From contig CAMOTP010000001.1 of NCBI GenBank assembly GCA_946625925.1, positions 2,770 through 66,769 on the forward strand: a stretch of DNA of 64,000 bases, given 5' to 3'. The notes beneath the pieces are model-generated. The model was not told the DNA's origin. It saw nothing but the letters and a program-made list of their open reading frames with translations, and did not search any database. Numbering within the stretch: position 1 is the first letter of the stretch; the number at the start of each line of letters is the position of its first letter. This document shows, in pieces, positions 11,301-19,578 of this stretch. Origin of the DNA: an uncultured Alphaproteobacteria bacterium (GTDB taxonomy: Bacteria; Pseudomonadota; Alphaproteobacteria; Rs-D84). A program made the translations under genes and the position numbers.

Positions 11301-11844
11301 CAATACAGGCGGTCAGCAATCCAAGGCGACTCCGTTTGGTGCGTCTATGAAATTTGCAATTGGCGGTAAAGATCATGCCAAGAAAGATTTAGGTATGATT
11401 GCAATGATGTCAGGTGCGTATGTTGCTCAAATTGCGCTGGGTGCAAATCAGGCCCAGGCTGTACGTGCCTTGCGTGAGGCAGAAAGTTTTAATGGTCCAT
11501 CCATAGTGTTGGCCTATGCACCATGTATTGCACATGGTTTTGCACTGCAAAATGGTCCAGAACATCAACAAAATGTTGTCAAAACGGGGGCCTGGCCGTT
11601 ATATCGTTTTGACCCACGTTTGATTGCAGATGGACATTATCCATTAACTATGGATTCAAATACGGATGAGGTTATGCCATTGGCAGATTTTGTAAAAACC
11701 GAAAGTCGTTTTGGTGCAGCGCGTAGCACAAATCCAAACTTTGATAAGTTGATTGAACGTGCCGTTTCTGATAATAAGTACAAGGCCGATTTAAAGAAGT
11801 ACATAGCACATTTTGCAATGAATAATTCAGAAAATAAGGAATAA
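8353..11844 (+). CDS. nifJ: pyruvate:ferredoxin (flavodoxin) oxidoreductase, single-chain NifJ/PFOR type
   Basis: 1163 aa; two 4Fe-4S motifs CAQCGKCSMLCP and CTGCSVCVKNCP; TPP domain GGDGWAYDIGYGGLDH; characteristic length. Confidence 0.9.
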   Translation: MANLIVDGNWAAADVAYRCVDFAAIYPITPSSTMGELADAWSFQHKKNIWGAIPQIIEMESEGGAAGAMHGALQMGTLATTFTASQGLLLMIPNMYKIAGEQTPFVMHVAARALATHALSIFGDHSDVMSVRSTGFAMLSSHNVQQAHDLAAVAHAATLRARVPFLHFFDGFRTSHEESRLSRIEDDVLRKLIPDNLVLENRARGMSPEHPTIRGTAQNPDVYFQGREAVNPLYQNLPEIVQKCMDELADATGRSYHLVDYVGDKNAKFVVVAMGSACETIEETLPYLPKKCGLLKIHLFRPFPTDAFLSVLPKTVKQIAVLDRTKEPGAIGEPLYQDVASIVDKGVSVFGGRYGLGSKEFAPRDVKAIYENMIMGTLHHNFTVGIEDDLTGLSLKTDAMFAIENKDVKTALLYGIGSDGTVGAVKNIVKIVGENSDLYPQSYAVYDSKKSGGLTASHIRFSNAPIKSQYLVETADFIGVSNFMIAQRFDVFRALRAGGIVMINTSKTPDVAFANLPRESQEQLMRLRARVYFLDANAAAAELGLGNRINTFIMINFFNLMKIVDPKIAADAAKDAIEKTYKKKGMDVVQANWAAVDMASKYLTEYKLPSSVSNFAPDFIPAMTADAPAEIAGTLGEMASGRGDDIPVSRFRTGGLFAAGQYPVGTSKYEKRGISERVASCDLSLCAQCGKCSMLCPHAAIRIKVMTEKEAEAARADGVIVVPMKTPELGANMYYTLNISPADCTGCSVCVKNCPVHALSMVNAADDVDAQKRFDAAQKIPDIAREKLNLNIPKHIELLPHYFEFPGACAGCGETPYIKLLAHLFGDRMIVANATGCSSIYGANLPTTPWTTDADGRGPAWSNSLFEDNAEYGLGMRIALNQRRDNLYSLLRELEIPDVDEIFAEQDITKQRENEKNLREYLAKNNSDRARLAESLLDAVVDKSLWIVGGDGWAYDIGYGGLDHILHSGENVNILILDTEGYSNTGGQQSKATPFGASMKFAIGGKDHAKKDLGMIAMMSGAYVAQIALGANQAQAVRALREAESFNGPSIVLAYAPCIAHGFALQNGPEHQQNVVKTGAWPLYRFDPRLIADGHYPLTMDSNTDEVMPLADFVKTESRFGAARSTNPNFDKLIERAVSDNKYKADLKKYIAHFAMNNSENKE

Positions 11845-11845
11845 A

Positions 11846-12709
11846 ATGGATAAGCCACACGATATTTTACGTGAGTATATAGATAAATCAGAGAAACGCG
11901 TTGTTATTGATGGTGTTTTTTATGCGCGCATGTCACCAGAGATTGCCAAAAACTTTGATGCAGGTGTATATGATTTTATGTTGCAAGAACATAAAAAATG
12001 TATCACAGAATTGCAAGCAATGAATATAAAATATTTTGCTGGGGCGAAACCGGTGTTTTATATATACATTGTTCCAGATGAAAATTTTATTGAATTATTA
12101 AGTTTCCCTTATAAAGAACGTAAATCTGGTGGGCGGCCTGTTGCTGCATATGATTTTGATAGTTTTAATAGTGCGTATGGAACCAGTCAAAACTTGTTGG
12201 CCATTACTGACCATGTTGGTAGTATGAAACATGTTAATTTAATACATGAATATGCACATTTAATAGAACAACAGTTTGGATTTCGTGAACAAATGTTTGG
12301 TGAAGGTGTTGCAGAAACAATTCCTTGGTATATATTAGAATATGAAAAATTTGTGCCATTACATGTACAATGTTTACTGGCTATGGAAAAAATATATACG
12401 GCGAATGAATTGCTGACATCTGTTTCTTTTACAGATACTGTTCCTGAAAAAACTTGTTCTTTTCAACTGTCATACATGTCTTCATATTTATGGGTTAGGG
12501 CGGTTATTGAGCATATTGAATCAAAATTCCAATTATCACGATTTAATGCGGTTCAAAAGTTCTTGGAATTATGTGGTATGTCCAGATATGGTAAACAATG
12601 GTTTGTCATAGAATTGGCGAATATTATTGGTATGGATGCAGAAAAATTGTTAAGTTCGACAGAATATCAGAGGGCAGTATTGGAAAAAATTAAAAAGGAA
12701 GCAAATTAA
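11846..12709 (+). CDS. hypothetical protein with HExxH zinc-metallopeptidase motif
   Basis: LIHEYAHLIEQ (HEYAH); start 2 nt after the nifJ stop, so coupled. Confidence 0.5.
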   Translation: MDKPHDILREYIDKSEKRVVIDGVFYARMSPEIAKNFDAGVYDFMLQEHKKCITELQAMNIKYFAGAKPVFYIYIVPDENFIELLSFPYKERKSGGRPVAAYDFDSFNSAYGTSQNLLAITDHVGSMKHVNLIHEYAHLIEQQFGFREQMFGEGVAETIPWYILEYEKFVPLHVQCLLAMEKIYTANELLTSVSFTDTVPEKTCSFQLSYMSSYLWVRAVIEHIESKFQLSRFNAVQKFLELCGMSRYGKQWFVIELANIIGMDAEKLLSSTEYQRAVLEKIKKEAN

Positions 12710-13140
12710 TGAAAAAATTACTGATTTTAGTTTTAACTTTAATTGTGGCGGCTTGTACTTTCCAGACCAAGCATCGTGGGTATGTTTTCCCAGATGATTT
12801 AGAATCCCAGGTGGCTGGTATAAAAACCACTGCCCAATTACAAGATAAAATTGGTGATCCATTGGCCAAGACTGTTTATGGTGATACCGTTTGGATTTAT
12901 TATGGTATGGATGAAAATTATCGTGGTCCTTTGCCACATACATACGATAATAAAACTGTTTTGTTGGCTTGGGTGCGTGGAAATCAGGTCGTCAAAACCC
13001 AGATTTTGCACGATAAAGATTTGCCAGAAATCACGATGGATGATGATGAAACCCAGATTCCTGCGGCTGTCGAGTTAAATGCAATTCAGGAATTGTTTAA
13101 TAATATTGGGCGTTTTTCGCCTGCTGGGATGGGACAATAA
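12709..13140 (+). CDS. bamE: outer-membrane lipoprotein, BamE/SmpA/OmlA-like
   Basis: Lipobox LIVAAC; conserved GYVFPDD...LQDKIGDP; ATGA overlap with upstream gene. Confidence 0.6.
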   Translation: MKKLLILVLTLIVAACTFQTKHRGYVFPDDLESQVAGIKTTAQLQDKIGDPLAKTVYGDTVWIYYGMDENYRGPLPHTYDNKTVLLAWVRGNQVVKTQILHDKDLPEITMDDDETQIPAAVELNAIQELFNNIGRFSPAGMGQ

Positions 13141-13205
13141 ACGGAAATTAAACAAAAATTTGTTTTTTCAGTTTTTGTATGATATAATTTAAGGAAACAG
13201 AGAGA

Positions 13206-13796
13206 ATGGCAACTGTAAAGGGTTTGTGGATGCCAAGTAAAAAGTTAGATTTTAAGACAGGTCAGTATGTTGTATATCCTACACAGGGTGTTGGAAAATT
13301 ACAGCGAGTAGAAGAGCAGGTTATTGCTGGTCAACCTGTAAAGCTGTTGGTTATAGAATTTGAAACTTCACATATGACATTGCGTGTACCATTGGAACGT
13401 GCGGAAATTTCTGGACTGCGTCCTTTGTCTTCGGTTCGCAAAATGGACGAGGCTATATCCAGTGCAAAAGGCAAGGCTGGTTCAAAACGTATGATTTGGT
13501 CGCGTCGTGCTGCACAATATGAAGAAAATATTAATTCTGGTGACCCAATGAAATTGGCAGAGGTTGTGCGTGATTTACAACGTCGTAATCCAACGGATAC
13601 AATGACTTTCTCGGCACGTCAGTTATATTTGCGTGCTTTGGAACGTATGGCCCAGGAATTTGCTGTTTTGCATAAAATGGATGTTGATGCGGCAAGTGAA
13701 AAAATTGAAACTATATTGGGTGTACCAAAAGAAATTGATTTGAATGCAGTCGAAATAGATGACGATGGTGATGATACATCTGAATCTGGTGAATAA
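13206..13796 (+). CDS. CarD/CdnL family transcriptional regulator
   Basis: N-terminal FKTGQYVVYPTQGVGKLQRVEEQVIAGQ...LLVIEF matches the CarD_TRCF RNAP-interacting domain. Confidence 0.8.
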   Translation: MATVKGLWMPSKKLDFKTGQYVVYPTQGVGKLQRVEEQVIAGQPVKLLVIEFETSHMTLRVPLERAEISGLRPLSSVRKMDEAISSAKGKAGSKRMIWSRRAAQYEENINSGDPMKLAEVVRDLQRRNPTDTMTFSARQLYLRALERMAQEFAVLHKMDVDAASEKIETILGVPKEIDLNAVEIDDDGDDTSESGE

Positions 13797-13799
13797 ATA

Positions 13800-13824
13800 A
13801 ACCGGCATATATGCCGGTTTTTTA
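13800..13824. terminator. bidirectional rho-independent terminator
   Basis: Hairpin ACCGGCATATATGCCGGT flanked by A-run and T-run, between convergent genes. Confidence 0.7.
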
Positions 13825-14475
13825 TCTTTGTGGTGTGGCGACAAAACAACGTAGCCAATGGTTAAATTTTGCATCAAATCCATTTTGATTAAATGCTTTA
13901 ATCCACCAATCATTTGGTTTAACTGTTTTTAATTCTTGGCAAGTTCCTAATTCTTGTCCCATTTTTTTAGCCGCATCATAATCTTCGATTGTATTATGAA
14001 TTGCGCAGACCATATTCGCGTTTTGAAATTTTGATAGCACCGCTGGTAAGGTCGCCTCGTCAAAATATGTAAGTATGCCGTTACAATAAACCAAGTCTGC
14101 CTTAATAGGTTTGCAATCTAAAATAGATTTTATTTGAATATACCCGTTTTGACGCAATTTTAACAATTCACTTTTTGCAACAACCTTGCGTGATTCGCCT
14201 TGTTGAACCCAAAAAGGCCAACCAGAAAACATTGGGCTATAAAAAGTCTTGGCGGTAAAATAATCACGAATATCAACCCCACGTGCATTCATGCCAGCAT
14301 CCATCGCTAATTTTATAACCACGCCAGTCGCAGCCCCACAATCAAAGAAGGTTTTTGGCTTTTTATCGTAATGCTGTTTGTAAACAGATGCCAGCATTTT
14401 TGGTGGCACAGAGCACATTACACCTTCTGGGTATGAATATTGCAAATATGGGTATTTTTTATCGTAATAATGCAT
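13822..14475 (-). CDS. putative class I SAM-dependent methyltransferase
   Basis: Motif I-like FFDCGAATGVV; 217 aa; otherwise unrecognised. Confidence 0.45.
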   Translation of the reverse strand: MHYYDKKYPYLQYSYPEGVMCSVPPKMLASVYKQHYDKKPKTFFDCGAATGVVIKLAMDAGMNARGVDIRDYFTAKTFYSPMFSGWPFWVQQGESRKVVAKSELLKLRQNGYIQIKSILDCKPIKADLVYCNGILTYFDEATLPAVLSKFQNANMVCAIHNTIEDYDAAKKMGQELGTCQELKTVKPNDWWIKAFNQNGFDAKFNHWLRCFVATPQR

Positions 14476-14655
14476 TACTTGTCTCCTGATAATTTCAGTA
14501 AATCATATTTTGTTAATTTTTCAATGTTTTTCTTGCTTTTTTCAAAATCTTACTATAAAATAGGTTCGATTTTCGCGGGTGGGCGCGTTAATCATCCGAT
14601 GAACCCCACAAGTCCTTTGCAATTATTTATAAATATTTGATGCAAACGGCAAACT

Positions 14656-16362
14656 TTGTTTAATTCTAGTAATATGAAAGATTTATCCAAAGGTTTATTT
14701 AATCCGGTCGCAAGCGAAGATTTCGTCGCTATGTTCGATCAAAATTATGGTACACAAGAAACTTTACAAGGTTTCGCAACCAAGGGCACTGTCAAAGATA
14801 TTCGTGGCGACTTTGTTTTGGTTGATGTGGGTTTGAAATCCGAAGGTCGTGTTCCTTTAAAAGAATTTGGCGCATCTGTTCCATCTGTTGGCGACATCAT
14901 TGACGTTTTTGTTGAACGTTATGAATCACGCGAAGGAACAGCTGTATTGTCTTATGCAAAAGCACGCGCTGAAAAAGCATGGAAAGATTTGGAAAAAACT
15001 GTTGCCGAAGGTGTTGATCCAGAAGGAACAATTATCGATGTTGTTCGTGGTGGTTATACAGTTGATATCAATGGTGTGTTTGCATTTATGCCATCCAGCC
15101 AAATCGATCACAAACCTGTGCGTGATGCAAAATCTATGATTGGTTTAAAAGACAAATTCCGCGTTTTGAAAATGGATGCTTTGCGTACAAACGCTATTGT
15201 ATCTCGTCGTGCAATCCAATCTGATACAATTGCTGCTGCACAAAAAGAAGCAATGAAAAACATTGCGTTGGGTGCAGTTTTAGAAGGTACAGTTAAAAAC
15301 ATTACTGATTACGGTGTGTTCGTTGATTTGGGCGGTATTGATGGTTTGTTGCACGTTACAGATTTGTCTTGGAAACGTGTTAATCATCCTCGTGAATTGG
15401 TCAAAGTTGGTGATAAAATCAAGGTTAAAGTTATCCAATTTGATCCAGAATCTCATCGTATTTCATTGGGTGCAAAACAATTGGAAGAAGATCCTTGGGA
15501 AACAGCATCCCGTGCATTCAATGTTGGTGATACAGTAACAGGTAAGGTTGCATCATTGACTGATTACGGTGCATTTATTGATTTGGGTAATAATATCGAA
15601 GGTTTGGTGCATATGTCTGAATTGTCTTGGACAAACAAGAATATTCACCCAAGCAAAGTATTGCAAGTTGGCCAAGAAATCAATGTTGTCGTTTTGGATA
15701 TTGATCAAGAAAAACGTCGTATTTCGTTGGGTTATAAACAATTGCAACCAAATCCATGGAAACAATTTGCCGAAACACACAATGTTGGCGATGTCGTCAC
15801 AGGTCCAATCAAGAATACAACTGAATTCGGTTTGTTCATTGCTTTGACACCTGAATTGGATGGTATGGTTCATATTTCTGATTTGTCTTGGAATAAATTA
15901 GACGAAGAAGAATTAAAGAAATTTGTTCGTGGCCAAGAAGTCACAGCAAAAATCTTGGACATCAATCCAGAAAAAGAACGCGTTACATTGGGTATTAAAC
16001 AATTGACAGAAAGTGCTGAAAATAATGCTATTACAATCAAGAAGGGCGCAGTGGTATCTGGTACAGTTTCAGAAATCACACCTGATGAATTGATTGTTGC
16101 ATTGGCTGGTGATGCCAAAGGTATTATCCGTCGTACAGATTTGTCACGCGAAAAGGCAGAACAAGACACAAGCAAATATAAAGTCGGTGATACAGTGGAA
16201 GCGTCTGTTGTTTCCGTTGAAGACAATACAGTTAAATTGTCTATCCGTCATTTGCAGGTGACATTGGAAAAGCAAGCGGTCAAAGAATTCTCGAACGAAG
16301 CTGATTCTGGTTCCGTTTTGGGCGATATCTTGGGCGCTGCTATTGAAAATAGCAAAAAATAA
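14656..16362 (+). CDS. rpsA: 30S ribosomal protein S1
   Basis: Six S1 repeats (GTVKNITDYGVFVDLG..., GKVASLTDYGAFIDLG...); start could be ATG at 14674. Confidence 0.9.
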   Translation: MFNSSNMKDLSKGLFNPVASEDFVAMFDQNYGTQETLQGFATKGTVKDIRGDFVLVDVGLKSEGRVPLKEFGASVPSVGDIIDVFVERYESREGTAVLSYAKARAEKAWKDLEKTVAEGVDPEGTIIDVVRGGYTVDINGVFAFMPSSQIDHKPVRDAKSMIGLKDKFRVLKMDALRTNAIVSRRAIQSDTIAAAQKEAMKNIALGAVLEGTVKNITDYGVFVDLGGIDGLLHVTDLSWKRVNHPRELVKVGDKIKVKVIQFDPESHRISLGAKQLEEDPWETASRAFNVGDTVTGKVASLTDYGAFIDLGNNIEGLVHMSELSWTNKNIHPSKVLQVGQEINVVVLDIDQEKRRISLGYKQLQPNPWKQFAETHNVGDVVTGPIKNTTEFGLFIALTPELDGMVHISDLSWNKLDEEELKKFVRGQEVTAKILDINPEKERVTLGIKQLTESAENNAITIKKGAVVSGTVSEITPDELIVALAGDAKGIIRRTDLSREKAEQDTSKYKVGDTVEASVVSVEDNTVKLSIRHLQVTLEKQAVKEFSNEADSGSVLGDILGAAIENSKK

Positions 16363-16383
16363 TTTTGCAAATTTCAACATTAA

Positions 16384-16409
16384 CCCCGACAATTTGTCGG
16401 GGTTTTTTT
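16384..16409 (+). terminator. rho-independent terminator (copy 1 of CCCGACA..TGTCGGG hairpin)
   Basis: CCCCGACAATTTGTCGGGG followed by T7. Confidence 0.7.
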
Positions 16410-16468
16410 ATAAAGTAATATATAATATATATATTGACAAACAATTTTTTTAGTATAAAATATTTTGC

Positions 16469-17329
16469 ATGGAAACAAAAACAAATATTTTAACCCCGGA
16501 ACAATCATTTAGGCAACTTCGCCAAAATGGTTCTTTTGTTATACAAATGGCGCCAAATAACTGGCTGGTGACGGATTTTGCACCAGAATCTTGGGTATAC
16601 AATGTTTACAAACGTACATACAGTTATAAAATATTCAGAAATATGATAAATACTGATGAAAGTATTCAAGAATTTTGTATTATGGGTGATAATAGTATTC
16701 AAGAATTAAATAATTTTTTTCAAAATGTAAAACCAACTATATTTAATTTTGTAGGACGTCCTGGGGCAGGTAAAGGGACACATGGTGGACATTTTGCTGA
16801 AATTTATAAATTGCCTGTTGTAAAAACAGGGGAACTTATTCGTGCATCATATAAAGAATCAAATGCTACAATTACTGAATTAGCAAATAAATTTATTGAT
16901 GATGGTATTAATACTAATTCGGGCAAAAGTATTTGTTTAGATGGATATCCTCGTAATTTTATACAAAAAGACCATTTGTTATCTTATTTACCAAATTATA
17001 ATATATTTACGGTATTTTTGAACACGAACGAAGAGGAATGTTTAAAACGCATATCAAACAGACATGATAGCCATACAAGCGATCAAGACCAAGAAGCAAC
17101 CGAAAGACGTATGGAAAAATATGGTCAATATACGCGAAATGCTATTAAATCTATAAAAGAAGCGGCTTATAGTATTCGTGATATATATTATGCTGAAATT
17201 TCTATTGTACCTGGTGCCGAAAAAGATGTTAATTTTGGTCTGATGATGACTGGTTTAACCAAAGCTTTTAAAAATAAAATCAGTTGGATTGCACAACAAC
17301 AAATCCGAAATACTGATTTGCAAAAATAA
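16469..17329 (+). CDS. P-loop NMP-kinase (adenylate-kinase-like) paralog with ~90-aa N-terminal extension
   Basis: FVGRPGAGKGTHGG P-loop, ...TGELIRAS..., CLDGYPRN (DGFPR-like). Confidence 0.6.
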   Translation: METKTNILTPEQSFRQLRQNGSFVIQMAPNNWLVTDFAPESWVYNVYKRTYSYKIFRNMINTDESIQEFCIMGDNSIQELNNFFQNVKPTIFNFVGRPGAGKGTHGGHFAEIYKLPVVKTGELIRASYKESNATITELANKFIDDGINTNSGKSICLDGYPRNFIQKDHLLSYLPNYNIFTVFLNTNEEECLKRISNRHDSHTSDQDQEATERRMEKYGQYTRNAIKSIKEAAYSIRDIYYAEISIVPGAEKDVNFGLMMTGLTKAFKNKISWIAQQQIRNTDLQK

Positions 17330-17338
17330 AATCCATTA

Positions 17339-17362
17339 TCCCGACATTTTGTCGGGATTTTT
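17339..17362 (+). terminator. rho-independent terminator (copy 2 of CCCGACA..TGTCGGG hairpin)
   Basis: TCCCGACATTTTGTCGGGA followed by T5; near-identical to the hairpin at 16384. Confidence 0.7.
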
Positions 17363-17491
17363 ATATTTTTAACTTCTTTGACGTTTTTTTAAGGCTTGCA
17401 TCATTCTGCCGAATCTTACCATACCCACAACAAATACATATGGTAATTTAGTTCCTACTCTATATACCCTAAAAAATGTTAACTGTAAAAA

Positions 17492-18091
17492 TTATTTATA
17501 AATACATTTTTGTCTGTATCGAATAAAAGCCCCAGGATTTATTTTGGCAGCCTTTTTATTGGCCACAAATTCTTTAAACGATACAGGCATTACAAAAGGT
17601 GCTTTTTCATTGTACACAGAATCTAAAAACGCATCAAACTTTTCATCATATCTGATCATAGCATTCTCTAATTTATAGCATTTATCAGATAATATTTTTA
17701 TACGTTGTCCCATTCCATTTGTATCTATATCCGCCACATAATTAACAACAGAATCAATCTTGGTTTTATAATATTTAATAGAATCATAGTAACCGGCACT
17801 TTCCGTCATCAACTTTGCTTCTTTTGCAGAAAATCTTTCTATTACTGAATCAACAAATTTATCCCTGTGCTGAGTAAATTCTATATCTTGTGCTCTGTTA
17901 TCATTGCAAACAGAATCAAAATAAATTTTATATTGAGCTAAATCTTTCTTATGTTCTGCATAAGCCTTCGCATTAGCCTTTTTTAATTTTGCAAAATACA
18001 ATTCATCCTTTATCCATGTAACAGGAATCATTAACAATAAAGCCAATACTATAAACAATGCCAATTTTGCCTGAGATTTTTCGTCCATCAT
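17492..18091 (-). CDS. hypothetical membrane-anchored/secreted protein
   Basis: Internal start MMDEKSQAKLALFIVLALLLMIPVTW (one N-terminal TM or signal); no recognised domain. Confidence 0.4.
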   Translation of the reverse strand: MMDEKSQAKLALFIVLALLLMIPVTWIKDELYFAKLKKANAKAYAEHKKDLAQYKIYFDSVCNDNRAQDIEFTQHRDKFVDSVIERFSAKEAKLMTESAGYYDSIKYYKTKIDSVVNYVADIDTNGMGQRIKILSDKCYKLENAMIRYDEKFDAFLDSVYNEKAPFVMPVSFKEFVANKKAAKINPGAFIRYRQKCIYK

Positions 18092-18183
18092 ATAATCCTT
18101 TATATACACCAAATAATATACCCTAAAAACAAAAATGTCAACTATCAAAATAATTTTTATATATTTGATATTTTTTGACCGCA

Positions 18184-18192
18184 TGTTATAAT
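18184..18192 (+). promoter_or_regulatory. extended -10 element (TGtTATAAT) upstream of adk
   Basis: TGTTATAAT about 25 nt upstream of ATG 18217. Confidence 0.35.
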
Positions 18193-18216
18193 GTCCCAGC
18201 AAAACATGGAGAAAAG

Positions 18217-18795
18217 ATGAAAAACAAACTGATTTTAATGATGGGTGGTCAAGGATCCGGCAAAGGAACTTTGTCTAAGGCATTTTTAGCCGAACATGAC
18301 AATCAATATAATTATATTGAAACTGGTGCAATGTTGCGTGCTCTGCCTGAAAAACATCCGTTAAAAGCAATTATTGCACGTGGTGAATTTGTGCCGGATA
18401 CAGAGGTTTTTACATTATTAAAATCAAAAATAGATTCTGCTGGGGGGGATATTTTGTTGGATGGGTTTCCGCGTAAAGTGTCCCAGGCGGAATGGTTGGT
18501 TTCAACTTTTTCTGACAAATTTGATATAGTTGCGGTATATTTAAATTTGCCTGAATCTTTGATGTTGAAGCGTATTGAAAATCGTATTCGTGAGGGCGGT
18601 GGTCGTGCCGATGATGCGGATAGTGCGGCTGTGCGTCGTCGTTTGGATAATTTTCAGCATGAAACTATGCCAGCAATCAAATGGCTGAAAGGTAATGAAA
18701 AAGTGGTGTTCGTTGAGGTTGCTGTTGCAGATGCACCAGTGGAAGTGAATTATACAGCTTTAGTAGATGCGTTGAAGTCGAATAAAATTATATAA
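18217..18795 (+). CDS. adk: adenylate kinase, short type (no LID insertion)
   Basis: ILMMGGQGSGKGT P-loop, TGAMLRA, LLDGFPR, R..GR.DD; RBS GGAG; 192 aa. Confidence 0.8.
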   Translation: MKNKLILMMGGQGSGKGTLSKAFLAEHDNQYNYIETGAMLRALPEKHPLKAIIARGEFVPDTEVFTLLKSKIDSAGGDILLDGFPRKVSQAEWLVSTFSDKFDIVAVYLNLPESLMLKRIENRIREGGGRADDADSAAVRRRLDNFQHETMPAIKWLKGNEKVVFVEVAVADAPVEVNYTALVDALKSNKII

Positions 18796-18817
18796 ATTGA
18801 ATAAATGGAGAAACAGT

Positions 18818-19537
18818 ATGACAACAAACAGACAAAAACAAATTGAAAAGAATGAAGCGATAATCGCAAAATTAAAAAGACAAACAAAACCAACTATGGT
18901 AATTGTGTTGGGGGTCCAAGGTTGTGGTAAAGGAACACAATCAGAAATGTATTTAAGTGAACATTCTACACGCGTTAACTATATTGGTAAAAAAACCGTC
19001 AATTACTTAAACGATATTGAACGTCCAATTGAATTTAAATATATTGGTACGGGTGATTTGTTACGTTCACAACCAGAAAATTCACCAGAACGTAAAGCAA
19101 TCGACAAAGGTCATTTTGTCCCTGATTCCGTTATATTTAATTTATTGAATCAAACAATTACCACAGATGTAAATATATGGGGTGACGGTCTGGGGCGCAG
19201 TTTACAACAAGCAAAACAATTAGTTAAATCATATGGTCGCAGATTCAATATTGTTGCTGTCTATTTCAATATGCCTGAATCCCTGGTCGCAGAACGTATT
19301 GCACAACGTAATGCCATGGGTGCTGGACGTGCAGATGATGCAGATATGGCCGCTGTAAAAAAACGTGTAAGTACATTTAACCATGTCACAATGCCTGCAA
19401 TTAATTGGATGCGTGTTAACAAAAATGTTGTATTTACCGAAGTGCCAATTACAAACGATACACCAGATGTAAATTATCAAAAATTAAAAACTATTTTGAA
19501 TACAGCACTGGCACAAAATAATATAATACTGAAATAA
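18818..19537 (+). CDS. adenylate-kinase-like NMP kinase paralog
   Basis: VLGVQGCGKGT, TGDLLRS, GDGLGR replacing DGFPR; C-terminal block GRADDADMAAVKKRVSTFNHVTMPAINW parallels adk GRADDADSAAVRRRLDNFQHETMPAIKW. Confidence 0.65.
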   Translation: MTTNRQKQIEKNEAIIAKLKRQTKPTMVIVLGVQGCGKGTQSEMYLSEHSTRVNYIGKKTVNYLNDIERPIEFKYIGTGDLLRSQPENSPERKAIDKGHFVPDSVIFNLLNQTITTDVNIWGDGLGRSLQQAKQLVKSYGRRFNIVAVYFNMPESLVAERIAQRNAMGAGRADDADMAAVKKRVSTFNHVTMPAINWMRVNKNVVFTEVPITNDTPDVNYQKLKTILNTALAQNNIILK

Positions 19538-19566
19538 AAAAAACTCCCCAAATGGGGAGTTTTTTA
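19538..19566. terminator. bidirectional terminator between adk paralog and groEL
   Basis: A7-CTCCCCAAATGGGGAG-T6. Confidence 0.75.
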
Positions 19567-19578
19567 TTTGATACTTTA

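Noticed and set aside
16434-16461. Putative TTGACA / TAAAAT promoter that would make the adk-like paralog 1 mRNA nearly leaderless
   Set aside because: Many alternative -10-like hexamers exist in this AT-rich stretch. The call is not reliable without TSS data.
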